A stretch of 64,000 nt of DNA. Source: Eledone cirrhosa (taxonomy: Eukaryota). Shown here piece by piece: positions 12,953 through 28,068 of this stretch. The position numbers and the translations under genes are program-made. The first letter of the stretch is position 1, and each line of letters starts with the position of its first letter. The stretch spans positions 20,894,001 to 20,958,000 of the forward strand of contig OZ024750.1 of the NCBI GenBank assembly GCA_964016885.1, given 5' to 3'. The notes beneath the pieces were generated by a model. That model ran no database searches. It saw only the letters and a list, made by a program, of their open reading frames with translations, and was not told the origin of the DNA.

Positions 12953-13788
12953 TATGCATTTATATATATTATTATTATACATTTTCACAACAACAGAGAG
13001 ATTTTCATTATACGCGGCGGCTATCTAACATGTACGATTGTACCAAACACGTGTAATAATGAAAGCTTTGATCTTTGAATAAATGTGTAATTATATTTTT
13101 GCCTAAAAAGAAAATACCTCAATCTAATTTCATTAGCACTAATGTCAGTTTATCTATTATTTATGGAAAACTGTTTTATAAATTGTTTCATCAAAATTCT
13201 CTAACACTGTAGTGTTCAATTACATTACACGAACTACATGCATGGCATTGTAGTTAAAGATTTCGTGCGAATCATATATTATCAATGTAATTTTTTTAAT
13301 GTCTGTTCTGTAAATTATCCACACTAATTCAACCATTGATAAAAAAAGTCGAGGAATATCTAAAGCAAAAATATTCATCTAACTCGTTGAATTTACACTG
13401 ATTCAGTATCTTTCTTATCGCACTCACTAACCTACCTACATATGAATAAGACAATTGTTCTATGAAATCGTACATTTTATGCGAAAAGGGTAGTGTATAA
13501 GAGTATATATATATATAAGTATATGTGTACATATATGTATATATATGTATATATATATATATGTATATATATATTTATACATGTATATATGTATGTATAT
13601 ATATATGTATATATGCATATATGTATATATGTATATAAATATATGCATATATACATATGTATATATGCATGTGTATTTATTATATGCACACACACACATA
13701 TATATATATAAACATATATGTGTGTGTGTGTATATATATACAGATATATGTATGCGTTTTACGTATACGTATATATATATATATATAT

Positions 13789-13867
<79 letters not shown>

Positions 13868-13876
13868 TATATATAT

Positions 13877-14050
<174 letters not shown>

Positions 14051-14429
14051 GAAATACACACAAACTGCCAGATGAGTAAGCATCTGTGAGAAAAAAAAGT
14101 AGTTTACGAACAATTTCTAATTAAATTTCATTGAAAAATGTAATATATCCAAATATAAATAACAAAAAGAATGTTAAACACAGACAAGAAAAGTCTACGT
14201 TTCATTTTAGAAATGTTAAAGATTAAATTGATATGTATTGTTATACATTTGAAAAGTAAAGGAACGACAAAATTGTTTGAATACTGAAATATAGATGTTG
14301 TAACATTCGGTAATACAGCCACTATGATGCTGGTAAACAGAAACATAATTTGAAATTTGAAATGTGCGCATCCCAATGTAGATGACTATAATTAGTAGTT
14401 AACAAATTTGCTTAAGACAAAAGTTGGGT

Positions 14430-14720
14430 GAGGACGCTGTAGGAGTGAGTTAGCTACTAGGCTAAAGTGCTGCTCCCCTTGTAGAAACATGGAATGGCTC
14501 TTCCAACGCATCTCGCTTACCATCCTCCGGGGAACGCCTTCTCCATTCTGTCCGTCAGGGCTATGCGGCGGCCAGCACGTGGGACCCCATTTGCTCACTA
14601 TACAGAGAGATGGGGAGGGCGAGATCGATGGGGGTGTTGATGGTGGGTGATCGGCTCTTCTGTGTTCGGACACATTGCACCTGTGAAGAGTGTGCTTTCA
14701 TACTTGTAACCACGGAGATT
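14430..14720 (+). mobile_element. CRE-like non-LTR retrotransposon 3' fragment
   Basis: Translates SELATRL...EWLFQRISLTILRG/NAFSILS with one frameshift, matching the CRE C-terminal QRISxAIQRGNAxSIL motif. Confidence 0.7.
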
Positions 14721-15911
14721 GTCTGTAAAGCATTAATGTTCGTTTTTCTCTAGACACTGTTTAATAGGACGTAATGGAATCCAATATTTTTGAATGTCAT
14801 TTACACAGTGCCATCAAAACTGTTGTATCAAATATCGAACAAAGTTGCCCTTCTTATTAATAGCATAAATTAGAAGAGGAACTAAGCAATCCACAGAAGA
14901 TCTTTATTATTTCACATACGTTAAATATACAATTGAAAGTTGTATTTTACACATGGTTTTACATTCCATTTTAAAGCCTTCAACTCAACAATAATTTTAA
15001 CATTGATATCTCGGGAGGTTTAACTAATTTATTCTGCTTCTTAATTGCCAATGTTTACTTAAGTCATTTTATGTTAAATATAGTTCTTAATATTTAGCAC
15101 CGAAAATTTGGAGTGCATCTACGACGTCGGAGTGTCTTCAACGACGTGAAATACGTAGACTAACCATTCACATTAGTAGCTTGAACATGAGTTAAAGAGA
15201 AAATGGAGCTCCACGAAATACCTATATAAATTCAAATTTGTTCGACTGTTTTCTTTTCAATTTACTACATCAATATCAAATGTAGAAGCCATAAATATAA
15301 ACAACGATAGCTATAACTGCAAATGAAATAAAACAAAACTATATGAATAAATAAACGATAGAAATAAGTGTAATAGATTAATTAAAATCGAAAATGAGCT
15401 AGCACGTTGCAGTTGTGATACATTCAATGACTCACTAAAAATATTCACTCTGAAGTGCAAATTCCTTCATAAATGAAACAAAGGAATATACTAAATACGT
15501 AACCGTTATGTTTGGTCAATACTGATTAACGGGAAATATTTAAAGGAACTTAGAATCAATTTTACAAGGATAATTTAGAGGTTAATGAGGACAAGATATC
15601 TTCATTTGTAAATATATTAAGAATTGTGAACCTAATCTCCGTGACATTATCCTGTAACAATTATCACTAGATTTTAAATTTCCTTCTCCAATGAAGAGGG
15701 AACTTTCGATTCAGCCATTGGAATTGTTTAGCATAAAATGTATTCACCAAATGCCCATCCAGACTACCCTAATTGCAAATTATGCTTCCTTCGGCCTTAC
15801 GTAAATACCTACTACGTATAATTTTCCATCAGCAGATTTTTTCAAAGAAATCATAAATAATACGGTTTAAAAAAGAACACACATTCACACAAACATACAC
15901 ATATATATATG

Positions 15912-15955
<44 letters not shown>

Positions 15956-16435
15956 CTAGCGACAGAGCGAGAGAGAAAGAGAGAGAGTGTGAGAGAGTGA
16001 GAGGGTGAAAGAGAGTGTGTGTGAGAGAGAGAGAGAGAAAGAGAGGAAGGGCGAGATATGTAGGTATACGTATATATTTCTTTTATTTTTTCAACAGAAA
16101 AAAAGAAAATAATATATGCAGAAAATAGGGCAATGCTCTCCATACAAAATGTTTTCTATTTAGAATTGCGTTTCTAAGGTCTACATTAATATAAGACATC
16201 CATATTGTATTCGGGTTTTATATGAGCTAAATTTTATTGTGTATAATCTCCAAATTATACATCTTTCTTAAATTTACATCGATGTATTTGAAAGGAGATA
16301 TTATAGAGAAACATTCCGAATATATTATCTTTTTTAAGAGAAGCGAATTCATAAAAATGTATCATACTTATGAAATGAAAGACAATATATGTATATGCGC
16401 ATCGTTCTCTACATATGCATATAGTATGTCTATAT

Positions 16436-16470
<35 letters not shown>

Positions 16471-16803
16471 CATGCATTCGTGTTCTTGGGTTTCTGTGTC
16501 TTTTAAACGTTTCTGTGTTCGACTGTTCAGTTTTATGTGTCGGTGGTGTCTGTGTATATATGTGACTGTATGTATATGTGAATGTTTGTAAGGTGACCAT
16601 AAAAATATTATTTCTTCAATATACAAGATTTCCCTACTTTCCTGAAAATTAATATTTACCATACTGAAAAATAAGGACGAAATTGCTCCTAAAGTATAAT
16701 AAATATAATCGGGATAACCTAAAATATATAGGTCCACATATGCTGCCATTCACCTGAAATTATAAGGAGCGAAATTTTAGCTATATTTCATTAAATGATA
16801 GGC

Positions 16804-16845
<42 letters not shown>

Positions 16846-17369
16846 CATATATATAGGATATTTGAGGCCAGGTACGATAGGTTTATGTATAATATACATA
16901 CAACTATCTCACTCTGAAGGTTTTAAAATATTATCGTACCTAATTTATCTCATACGACTACTAAACTAGCTGTTACTTGATCAGAAATTATGATGCTTAT
17001 AGCGAGACACTTTTATTTTCATTATACACAAGTAGAAAAACCACCCGAAGTGCGGTTTTCTTCTAGCATACGCAGTGTGCGTATTGGTTTTATATGCAAA
17101 TATATATGCTTATAGATATGATATGTAAATTGAAAAGTAAATTGACAATATCTTCTTCTTCACCCACTTATAAATGTATCATACTTATGAATTGAAAGTA
17201 TAGTGTGTCAGTAGCAAACATATCTAACTGATCCAACTGGATCCCAAATCGAGACCAGCCAAACTCATGGATCTTATCCAACTATCTTGTTATGCATAAG
17301 CATATTGGATAGGCCTCCATATATGGCTCTGCTATGAACTATGCTCCGTTAGAATAATTTTTATATATT

Positions 17370-17593
17370 AACTAGACCACCAGTGACCCGTTTGGTCATG
17401 TCAACTTAAAAATATTTTTTAAATAATTAAAATATACACAGACAAGTATATAATATAAAAGTGTGTGTATGTATATATATGTAAATCTGTGTGTGAACAT
17501 ATATATATATGTGTGTGGGTGTATGTGATCTATTTACACTTGTCATAGATCCACACACACATACACACCCACATATACATATACACAAACACT

Positions 17594-17634
<41 letters not shown>

Positions 17635-17999
17635 CACCACCACCAGCTCTCCCTCTCTATCTCTCTCCCTCTTTCTTCCATTCGCCTTCTCTCCCTCATC
17701 TCCCTCTCTCTCTCTGTCTCTCTTTCAATCTACACTTTCACAGCCACTATCTCTTTCTCTCTATATATAGATATATCTATATCTCTCTGTTTATGAAGGT
17801 ACTCGGAACCCCCCCCCCCCCCCGTATCTCGGCATCCCGTGCTCCAATTTACGCGATAATTGTTTTATTCCATTTGTATTCCCATTTCAGGATCAACTTC
17901 CTTTCAAATATTTTCCTTTTAGTCACCCTTTTGCCTGTATTACATAACAGAAAAGCAAGCAAGTAAGCTATCTCACGGTTTTAGTAATATATAGAAGAT
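17370..17999 (+). mobile_element. Helentron/DINE-like non-autonomous element
   Basis: Starts ACTAG...GACCCG, has internal microsatellites, ends AAGCAAGCAAG...GGTTTTAGTAATATATAGAAGAT. Confidence 0.5.
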
Positions 18000-18512
18000 A
18001 AATATACGATCATCTATGCCGATATGACTCACAAGAGGTGGCTTAAAAAAGGTGTATGTATAGAAAATTGAAGCGCAATATAAGTTATGCTCCAATTATA
18101 TATAGATTTATTTTATATTTATGTATTTAGTGTACTTTTATCATGTCTACTGAATATGTCGATTGAATACATATTTGTTAATTGGTAATTAATCAACACA
18201 GATGAATCATCACATTTCGATGTGTTTAAGAAATCTTTGTTTCTATATTAACTCTTTGTATCCCACGTTTAATCTTTTGTGTAATAATAGCAAAACGGAA
18301 ACTCAACGTAACGATTCAAGTATTCCGATTTAAAAAAAAAAAAAAAAAAAATGTCCACTACTTATTCATACAATATGGAATTTTTTGTCCTTTCTCCCAA
18401 AACAAACATTCCTATATGTATACACATATATATATATATCGACAGTCGATTGTCTTTCGTCAAATCGGCCAGAGGAAACAATGTTTCCGTTGGACTTTCC
18501 TGTATATATATA

Positions 18513-18755
18513 TAGAAGTGGTTACACAACAGTTAGTTCACCATACCGAGAACAATTGTTTCGCCTTAGCGGATCCTCAGCTCGTAATGGACATCCAACA
18601 ATGATGTCCATTACGAGCTGAGAATCCGCCGCTAAGGTGAAACAGTTGTTCTCGGTATGGTGAACTAACTGTTGTGTAACCACTTCTACTTAACTCGTCC
18701 CATGGACTGAGTGCTCTACCACTACGGATATTACCTTCCAGTGTTCTACCACTAT
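18513..18755 (+). mobile_element. Fold-back element, family E
   Basis: Arms 18513-18595/18603-18688, tail with ACTGAGTGC, TA-flanked. Confidence 0.85.
18547..18584 (-). ncRNA. Minimal type I hammerhead
   Basis: CGAG-CTGAGGA-TCCGCTAAGGC-GAAA-CAATTG-TT-CTCG. Palindromic CAATTG stem III, weak stem II. The plus copy (18614-18654) has CTGAGAA. Confidence 0.72.
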
Positions 18756-18850
18756 GTATATATACATATATATATTTATTAATATAACATATTAATGTTT
18801 AAGCAAATAATCGCTGTTTTCACCCTTAAAGGGATCTTTATATATATATA

Positions 18851-19007
18851 GCAAGATGTTAGACCCAGTCGGCAGAGCTCAGAAAAAGTCCAGAAGAGTC
18901 CAGAAATAGCCGTCGAAACGGCTTGAGCTCTGCCCACTCTACTCCCTAGATATTGAGTACTCTGGTGCGTTATGGTCCATCCTGTTCTTTACCACACTTC
19001 CATCGTT
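18851..19007 (+). mobile_element. Diverged family A element
   Basis: Shares TAGCCGTCGAAACGGCTTGAGCTC and TATTGAGTACTCTGGTGCGTTATGGTCCA with the 2187 and 8934 copies. Confidence 0.75.
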
Positions 19008-19256
19008 ATATATATATATATATCCACACCCACACAGACACACACTCATGAACACACACTCACAGACACACACTCACGCACGCACCCACTCACGCACGCA
19101 CACACACGCATACACACACATACACACATAGACACACACACAACCACACATATATATATATATATATATGTTAGACTATTATTCACCAGAGTACTCCTCA
19201 ATACTTGGGTAAAATACACATACACCAATACATACACACACACATATATATTTGTA

Positions 19257-19293
<37 letters not shown>

Positions 19294-19734
19294 ATACATT
19301 TAGGAAAAGACAATGCAAATTATATATATGTGTTTGCGCGTGTGTGTTTCTCTAAATGGTGTTTTGCGGTTACTGAATATTATTAGCACTGCAGTGGTTC
19401 CACTGTGTCTCCTGTACAACACAAGCCTTTGCAGTGTTCTCTTTCCATTCAATACGAATAGGGTTGGTCTGGGTTACATAGAAGAAACAATGATAGATGA
19501 ATAGTGGCACATTTTCTCACTATAACAATGGAAGGAAAATTGTTGCTAATTGTGTTACATTGCATAAGTTTTCCGGCTTACATTTTTCATTGATAGCTTC
19601 TGAGTTATAATATCTAAATAACACATTATGTCTCTCGCTGCATTAATTCATTTATTATATCACGCACGACATATCTTCCCCTCTTCTCTCTTCTTTCTCT
19701 CTAAAATGTAAATATATATATGTATATATATATG

Positions 19735-19791
<57 letters not shown>

Positions 19792-19819
19792 GTATATACA
19801 TATGTATATATATATATGC

Positions 19820-19855
<36 letters not shown>

Positions 19856-19965
19856 GTATGTATATATATATATATATATGTGTGTGTATGTATATATATA
19901 TATATATGTATGTATATATATATATATATGTGTGTGTGTGTATGTGTATGTATATATATGTGTAC

Positions 19966-19996
<31 letters not shown>

Positions 19997-20038
19997 TACA
20001 TGTATATATATATATGTATATATGTGAATGTATATATA

Positions 20039-20095
<57 letters not shown>

Positions 20096-20139
20096 GTGTG
20101 TGTGTGGGTGCACGAGTCCGTGTGTGTATAAGTGTGTCC

Positions 20140-20174
<35 letters not shown>

Positions 20175-20267
20175 TTTAGGTATTCTGTTATTAAGTATTC
20201 AGTTTTCTCGTCTCTCTTTCTTTATTTTGGAGGTGCAGCTATTATTATTATCATTATTATTATTATT

Positions 20268-20470
20268 GTTCTTTGAGTGTCAATCATTGATGTTATTTAA
20301 CTGGAAAGTTTGTTGAAATGAATATCAAGCCACTACCTACAACCTCAGATATTCATGGCGTATCGGAGGGTTCTTGCTGTTCCCAGCAAGCATGCCTTTT
20401 GAAGTGTTCGAAAAAGCGGGGCGGGATCAATTTTCGTTAACCATCCTTGGAAACTCTTTGAGGTAGTACC
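20268..20470 (-). mobile_element. Dong/R4-like non-LTR 3' end in (ATT)n
   Basis: Minus translation GTTSKSFQGWL...TLQKACLLGTARTLRYAMNI*, matching the LQKAxLLGTARILR C-terminus. (ATT)n on both sides. Confidence 0.75.
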
Positions 20471-20517
<47 letters not shown>

Positions 20518-20518
<1 letters not shown>

Positions 20519-20667
20519 AGCTGCATTTATCTTGTTTTATGTTCATACGAGTTATCACCAAGTCACAACCAGTGACCTCAAGAGACAACAAGGTCTGCCA
20601 TGTTCAAGAAAGAACATACATACTCACACATGCATATTTAGGTGTTTAGACTTGTGATGTACTTATT
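20518..20667 (-). mobile_element. 3' UTR fragment of the Dong-like family at 38479
   Basis: Near-identical to 38485-38625 and adjacent to (ATT)n. Confidence 0.75.
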
Positions 20668-20789
20668 GGGGAATTTTTCATTGTTATTTTATCACATCCT
20701 CTTTTTTTTACACGCAGAAATGCCCATTTGTACCGTCATGTATTGTCCTGTACTGTCCTTAATGTCTACTTTATGGTTAATAAAGAAAA

Positions 20790-20847
<58 letters not shown>

Positions 20848-21644
20848 TACAACATTAGATTGTCACGCAGAGTAGATAGAAAATGCATCGGAGTATTTTG
20901 TAATATGTTAAATCACATCTAGGACTTCAGACATATAATATTCTCCTAAAACTGCAGATTTCTGAAAGACATTAATCATGCAGCCTTGGAGTTTCACTGG
21001 GAATAATCTTAGTACCCTTACCACAATTGAAATCACTTCCATATTATTATTAGCGTTTTCGTCGGTTGATTTGTCACTATCGATAGTGTCTGACATCATA
21101 CTTTGCGAAAGTAAAAGGCCATAACTATATGGCCTTTTACTTTAGACATTCAAATCCCATCGAATTCAGTGTTCCCTTCCATCCTTACGAAATTGATAAG
21201 ATAACGCACCAGGAACGCATTGAGATCGATTTAATCGGCTCTTGCGTTTTCACATTCAAATTGTTGGCTTTGGGTCAAATGTAGAAACTATATACTCTGT
21301 CTTCTAATATTTGGGTCTTTCATATGTCTTTGTATGTCTTTGTATGTTCCCCGCCGAAGTACATGACTTGGCACGGTTGTTTGTTGAAGACCAGCAGTCA
21401 CATCTCCATAACGGTCTCCCCTGTCCATGCCGCAGATGTTGCCTAAGGGAAAGGCAATGTTTAAAGCCTCGTACCATTGACGTCACCACTCATTTCTACA
21501 GATGTGTGAACTCCAGCCATGTGTAATAAATATCTCGCTAAAAGTCACACGGAATCACCCAGTACCAGAATCGAACACACAACCTCAAGATTGCAAGCCA
21601 AACGCTCTAACTACTAAGCCATGCGACTTCCTTATATACATATA

Positions 21645-21678
<34 letters not shown>

Positions 21679-21899
21679 TATGTGTGTGTCTCTGTGTGTG
21701 TGTATGTCTGTGTGTGTAACTTTTAACTCTTTCTTCTTTTTCGCATCTTACATTTTTTTACTTTTCTTTCCGGCTATTACTTCTTCGTTCGTTACTTTGA
21801 TTATTTGGTGCTGGAGATCACTGGTGGGTTTTATTGTCCCAACTAATACTACTCGATGTCTTTGATGTTTTGTGTGTTGTGGTGGAAGTGTTTACGCGC

Positions 21900-23030
21900 T
21901 CTATTGTTTATCGACTGAATACAAAAAAGATGAGTGTTGTGGTTAATATTATTGAATCATGACTTGACAATAGTTCGGATAATTGAAATAATTGGTGGCC
22001 TGTTGGACCTTCACGTCTTTGATGCTACGCAATAATAGGAAATTCTTTGACATTTTACATACATTATTGCTACTAATTGTTTAATGATTTGCAGTCTGTT
22101 TCTTTCATTTAATGCTCTTTTTTGTGTATCAACTTTGATTGCATACGTGTTCATTTATTGTTATTATTCTTCACGGTTTCAATCACTGATGAATATGTTG
22201 CTATCATCGTCATTGTACTGTATTTTTATGCTGATTAGTAGACGTAACATGATCAAATGGTAAGAAGACGACTGCTATAGAGTCAGGGTTTTCTGGTTTT
22301 GATCAGTACGTCGGGCAAGTGCTCATTTACCACAGTCTCATGTGGATCTCCCCTAGCATAGGGAATTATAATGTGTAGTAGAAAGGCTATAAATGCCCCT
22401 AGTATGTACTGTAACTGTAACACAATGTGTCAATGTCGTTACACAGGCACAGTATTAATATTAGCCGGGTTATGTTTACTTTGATACTAAAATATTGTTT
22501 CGTTTCACTGGTGAAATCAACAGTTTTGTGGGGGTGATTCCATGTCCAGTTTATTTTATATTCACAGTATTTGCATCTTTTTCTTCGACTGTCTTTTCTT
22601 TTTCAAGGATATATCGACTTTTCTGTGCTCTTTGTCCGTGTTGCCTATTTTCCTTTTTTGATAATTTGTTGTTGTTTTATATCTTTCATGATATTCCAGC
22701 ATGTTTCTTCTCTGACCGTCTATGTGTACTGTTCCATCCAGCCTATATATTCAGGCTTATGCTAACTCATGAAACTCCTGCCAGAGGATAAGTATCCTTC
22801 AAAACCCTTTGTATACTCGTTTACTTTGATATACTCGTTTTCTACCAATCCAATTAACCCACTCATCAGCATCGTTCCTATAACAGTGTTGAGTATCTGA
22901 AATATTATGACATTCTCAAGCTGTAAAAAATGTGATTCATTATGATACAGTTCTTTATTTTTAATCCCGTTTTCTTCAATGTCTTCTCCTCTATTAAGCA
23001 ATTAATGTTGGTACCGCATTGTGGTACAGC
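21900..23030 (-). pseudogene. Possible heavily decayed Dong/R4-like ORF fragment
   Basis: Minus-strand remnants GLIGLVENEY...GYL and RQHGQ resemble the post-RT region. Weak. Confidence 0.3.
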
Positions 23031-24913
23031 ATCTCCCTTGTCATGTTGCTTGGGTTATTTAACAACTTGTAACTAATTGTATGTGAGTGTCTTTTCTGCT
23101 TACCTGTCAAATTGTAGTAGCGTCGTAGTGACTATTGACAACTGAATAACTGAACTGACAGCTAACAGATGGTATACTCTATACATTCATTACTAAATTC
23201 ATAAAAAATGATAAGTAACTAACTAGGATATATCAATTATATTTGTAGTGTATCTGTAGATTTATATGTTTGGACATGGGTTCCAGTAAGAATAAGAACC
23301 ATTCGTCAACGTTTTCTGAAACCTAATCATCTATCCATCCATAGGCTTGTAGCACTTAATGTAGTATTAGTGACGCCGTTGTGATGTTTCTTGTGTATTT
23401 GAACACAATGGAAACCGTCTCTATGCAGATCTGACCAGATGTCATTTCTTTAAGAGATAGATAGTAAGAGAAGGCGAAGAGGATGAAAGTGAGAAATATA
23501 TAGAGAAACAATTGATGCCAAATACTGAACTCATAATTTATTTATTTACACAGAACGGTGAAAGGCAAAACTGATAGCGGTGCGTTTTTCTAAACATGTC
23601 ATGCAGAATGCCAGAGTGACTAACGCAAAGCATTCTACCCGACGTCCTAAGGACTAATAATTTGACACCATAAACCTAATAAGTAATAAACTGATTTGAC
23701 AAAATTTATTTTCAAGAAACAATAGCTGTATGGTATATCAGTAAATATATTTAGAACCCTATAAATGTATCATTTATATTGTGAAAACATTTTGTTTCCA
23801 TTTATGAACTTAGCAAAAATATTATACTCAATTTTAATATATTTCTTGAAGTGCTCTCTACTAGGAAGTAAAACGTTAAATTAGTCCTCTGCCTTATTTA
23901 AAAATATGTCGCAATAAACCGGAAACGTGCATGTAGAATTTCGGTCGATGCTCTAAAGGTACTTCTTGTGCAATGCTTTAGACTGGTAGTTTAATTGTCG
24001 ACATATGAATGTGCGAAATGCAGTTGAATTTAAAACGGAAGAATCTCTTAAGAAACTCTACTGATGCTGCCAAATCGCAATCGTCATTTATTTAACTATT
24101 TTATATAACATTATATGACATTTGTACGTGCGCTGGATCAGATGGAATGTATTTCAGTTATTTGATCAACAGAACAGCCTGTTCATCATGTTTATATGCA
24201 TGTTGCTGGAGCTTGCCTCAAATTCGAATACGCGATATTCGGAGAGACATGTATGACATGAGTAGGCATTTGAATTATAGTTACAACTCTTTTTCCAGCT
24301 AAATAGACTGGAGCAAAATGAAGTAACGTGTTTTATTTGCTCAAAAATAGAAGTTGCCGCCGGGAATCAAATTCACGACTGTACGATACTGAGCAAAATA
24401 ACCTAACCACTACGCCAGGCGTTTTCATCTATACACTTATACAAGTAAGAGATCATCCCTTCAAAGTGTACCAAGATCTATTGAATATATGTCATTATAA
24501 TTAATGTAAATGAAGATTGCAGATTTATCTATGGAATATTTCGGTTGTACTTCTCAAGGTTAAGTCCATAACTTTATTCAGTGCATCATCGTAATGAAAT
24601 AAATTCGACATTAGCTAACCCGTTCTCTTGACAGTTTGTCAATGTAAGATGGGAAATACTTGATGGTAAAATCTTCCAGTCTTAATAAAGAATTTAGTGG
24701 CATATTGAAATAACAAACTAAACCCTAAAGCTTCAAAAGGGATAATTCTGCTGTCAATCTATGAGAGGTGTTGCACTAAATTCCATTCCTGTTCCCACAA
24801 ACCACATGATGTATGTCGATCTTTGAATTTGCAATCATTACCCACAGTAGGACATCACCGTTGCATCACCGTATATGTAGTTTGCTCCCATATGAATGCA
24901 TCCTTCTTAATCG

Positions 24914-24976
<63 letters not shown>

Positions 24977-25552
24977 TAAGTAGTTGTCGTTGTTGTTGTC
25001 ATCGTCGTCGTCGTTTTTGTTGCAGAGTTTTCGAGATGGTGTCCTTCATAGTACAAGTACGAGTGTCTGTGTAGCAAAATTAGCATTGGCAGCATCAGTT
25101 ATACGTCACACCGAAATAAGCAGACCTACGATGAAACCGTTCCATGCAGAACCATCTCGTCAATTCCTTATTTATTTAGATCTTTTATATTAAATACTAC
25201 CATATTGAGCTATACGAAATATAAGTTCGAAAGGAAATATGGATGTTATGTGTAGCAGGTAAACTGATCGCATAGATGATTATAACAGTTCGTTCTACAT
25301 ATTTTGTTTGGCCCAAGGGTTTATCTAGCCAAGCAATAATTGCATCAAACACATTCCATTTTCCCATACCTTGTAGTACCTTATCTAATGTCACCTACCT
25401 ATTTAAAGACGTTAGGCAATGCTTTAATACAATTCAACTGCCATTTATTGCATATAAAGCCATTATGAAGTGGCATCATGACAACGTTTCCCTAAGATGG
25501 TAAAGCACAATAGAAAGAAATTACCAGGTTGTCTCTTTAATTTTAATATCAT

Positions 25553-25772
25553 GAACTTTTGCAAACTCAAGGTTAATTAACATATAGAAAAGTGCATTTG
25601 CACCAACATGACTTAATAACGTTACAATCTTTAATTAACACCAGCTAATTTCTACACAAAATTCTCTATTTGTGTATAATCTGTATTTTTAACCTGGGGT
25701 GACTTTTGAAATTTCAATGAGGAAAGTGCATTCTAACTTGTAAATCCTCTATCATTATTCACACTAATTTTG
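25553..25772 (+). repeat. Diverged ~220-bp dispersed repeat, copy 1
   Basis: Aligns to about 31633-31870 (TTAATTAACATATAG, TTGCACCAACATGACTT, TTTTAACCTGGGG, TGAGGAAAGTGCATT). Confidence 0.8.
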
Positions 25773-26308
25773 CTAGAATTAGTTTTAAATTATAAAGATG
25801 CTAACTGTGAATGCATATGCGGTGGTTAATCTTATGCAATAAATTGTAATGCAAGCAAACCTACCTTTGACTAATTATGCACGAGTGAAAAGCCGTGATT
25901 GTAATCTTTTAAAAAAGATCAGAAATACAAAGAAATGTTTTAGATAATGAAACTACTTTTGATGAGTCAATTAATCATGGCCTCATCAACTTAATTATTA
26001 TAAAGCGTTTATATTATGCTATAAATTGCTTTGGCTAGATGCCTACATTTGTCATTTCGTATGTGGGAAAAATTTGTTTGCTTACTGATAACGAGTAATT
26101 ACAAAAATAATGGTTAAGTAAAAATGTTGTTAAATAAAAGATATTTTAAGAACGAATTTTAGTCTGAAAATAGAAATAGACTCGCTAGTTTTTCAATTAT
26201 TAATGTAAATAACATTGTGACTGACGGCATGGATACATGGTGGAAATAGGATCTGCCTCTTTCTTAAACTGTATCCTATCTGGTTAACGAAATATATATA
26301 TATACATA

Positions 26309-26692
26309 TGTGACGAAGAAACTCACTCAGATGGTAGATGGGTGCTACACGAGAATGCTGAGAATGGCTGTGAACATTAATCTGTATTATACTCTGTGGA
26401 TGAAGAACTCAGAGCTGTACGGCAGCCTCCCAAAAGTCAGTTCGGGGGTAGCACAGAGGAGACTGATGTTAGCCGGACATGCTCACCGACATCCATAGTT
26501 GATTCTGCACTCAGTGCTCCTGGGGGAGCCCCTGCGTGGACATACTGGAAGCGGGAGACCAAGGTTGACATATGTTGATGCCATAAGGACAGACACTGGT
26601 GCCTTGCCGATGCAAAGCATGGCAGCGATGATGACGTAAAGAGACAGATGGACAGATCTCGTCCATGCATCTCGCGAATCTTACCCGCTCTC
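26309..26692 (+). mobile_element. RTE LINE 3' end, 5'-truncated, in TA tract
   Basis: DGCYTRMLRMA...NSELYGSLPKVS...RRLMLAGH...EPLRGH..GRPRLTYVDAIRTDTG, the typical RTE C-terminus. Confidence 0.88.
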
Positions 26693-26719
26693 TATATATA
26701 TATATAAATATATATATTA

Positions 26720-26971
<252 letters not shown>

Positions 26972-26983
26972 TATATATATATA

Positions 26984-27050
<67 letters not shown>

Positions 27051-27234
27051 TACAATAACAGAGATAGCTTAACGCTAAACTCCGACTGGTAACCATCTCA
27101 CTCAACAAACATTAGGTTATATGTTAGTACAACCCGATTTAAGTGTTTGGGGTGCTAACTATATGTATTTTGTGGAAAGCCAGTTGTATTATTTTATGAG
27201 ATATAATTAAAGTTAAAATATATCTCTCTTTCCA

Positions 27235-27303
<69 letters not shown>

Positions 27304-27351
27304 TATATTTATATAAATATATATATTTATATATATATAAATATATATATT

Positions 27352-27407
<56 letters not shown>

Positions 27408-27433
27408 TATATATTTATATATATATATATATA

Positions 27434-28068
27434 TTGGTAAACGGAATAGAAAATGCTGACAAATTGTTCACAGTTGAAAAATGGTTTAATTAGGAATAAA
27501 AGAGTATTAGTGATTGTATGGGTTAGTATTCAGTTGTGGTTTTAAGTTTTTAAGTTTTTACCGGTTGCGCATTTCTAAATGCTTTTCAAAAATAATTTTG
27601 AGATAGAGTGTCCGTGCTGTTTGCTCTGATCTGATTAGTTTTGGGAATTCTACCTGTTTTTATGTTAAAAAAGTGGCTCCAGCGTTATTTTTGTGTTGCA
27701 AAAATGCTTGTGGTCAAAACAATTTTGATTGGTCGGTAGAGGTCATGTGAATGTAAAAAGTTGATTTTGCGCCAAGACTGTTTTTATGTTAAAAAAGTGG
27801 CTCCAGCAAAAATTCTTGGTCAAAACAATTTTGATTGGTCGGTAGAGGTCATGTGGATAACAAATTGGTTTTGCGCCAAGATTTTTATCCAATTTTTATC
27901 CAATGAGAGTTTTTCTCACATCTGTGAGAAAAACCACACACCCTCCATCTCACCTCACCTTTTGAAAAGCAGAAGAACTGCGAAACCGGTAAAGGAACCA
28001 AATAAATATATATATTTAAAAAAAAAATAAGACTCCAGTTGCATTTTCGATTACATCTCTTTTTCTTT
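27434..28068. mobile_element. Family C chimeric inverted element with two hammerhead variants
   Basis: 27434-27631 matches the 39146-39344 palindrome arm. Internal tandem duplication 27655-27777/27778-27881. Strand switch near 27921, after which the sequence matches 10190-10340. Confidence 0.8.
27958..27995 (+). ncRNA. Minimal type I hammerhead, U3:A8 variant
   Basis: CCTT-TTGAAAA-GCAGaagaaCTGC-GAAA-CCGG-TA-AAGG. Palindromic ACCGGT in place of stem III. Confidence 0.72.

Noticed and set aside
13231-13256. AACTACA...TGTAGTT palindrome resembling a ZNF143/SBS-type promoter motif
   Set aside because: Partial match only, with no CpG-rich or other promoter context.
18513-18688. Pre-miRNA genes in the hairpins
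   Set aside because: Near-perfect repeat-derived arms in TA tracts, with no recognisable conserved miRNA.
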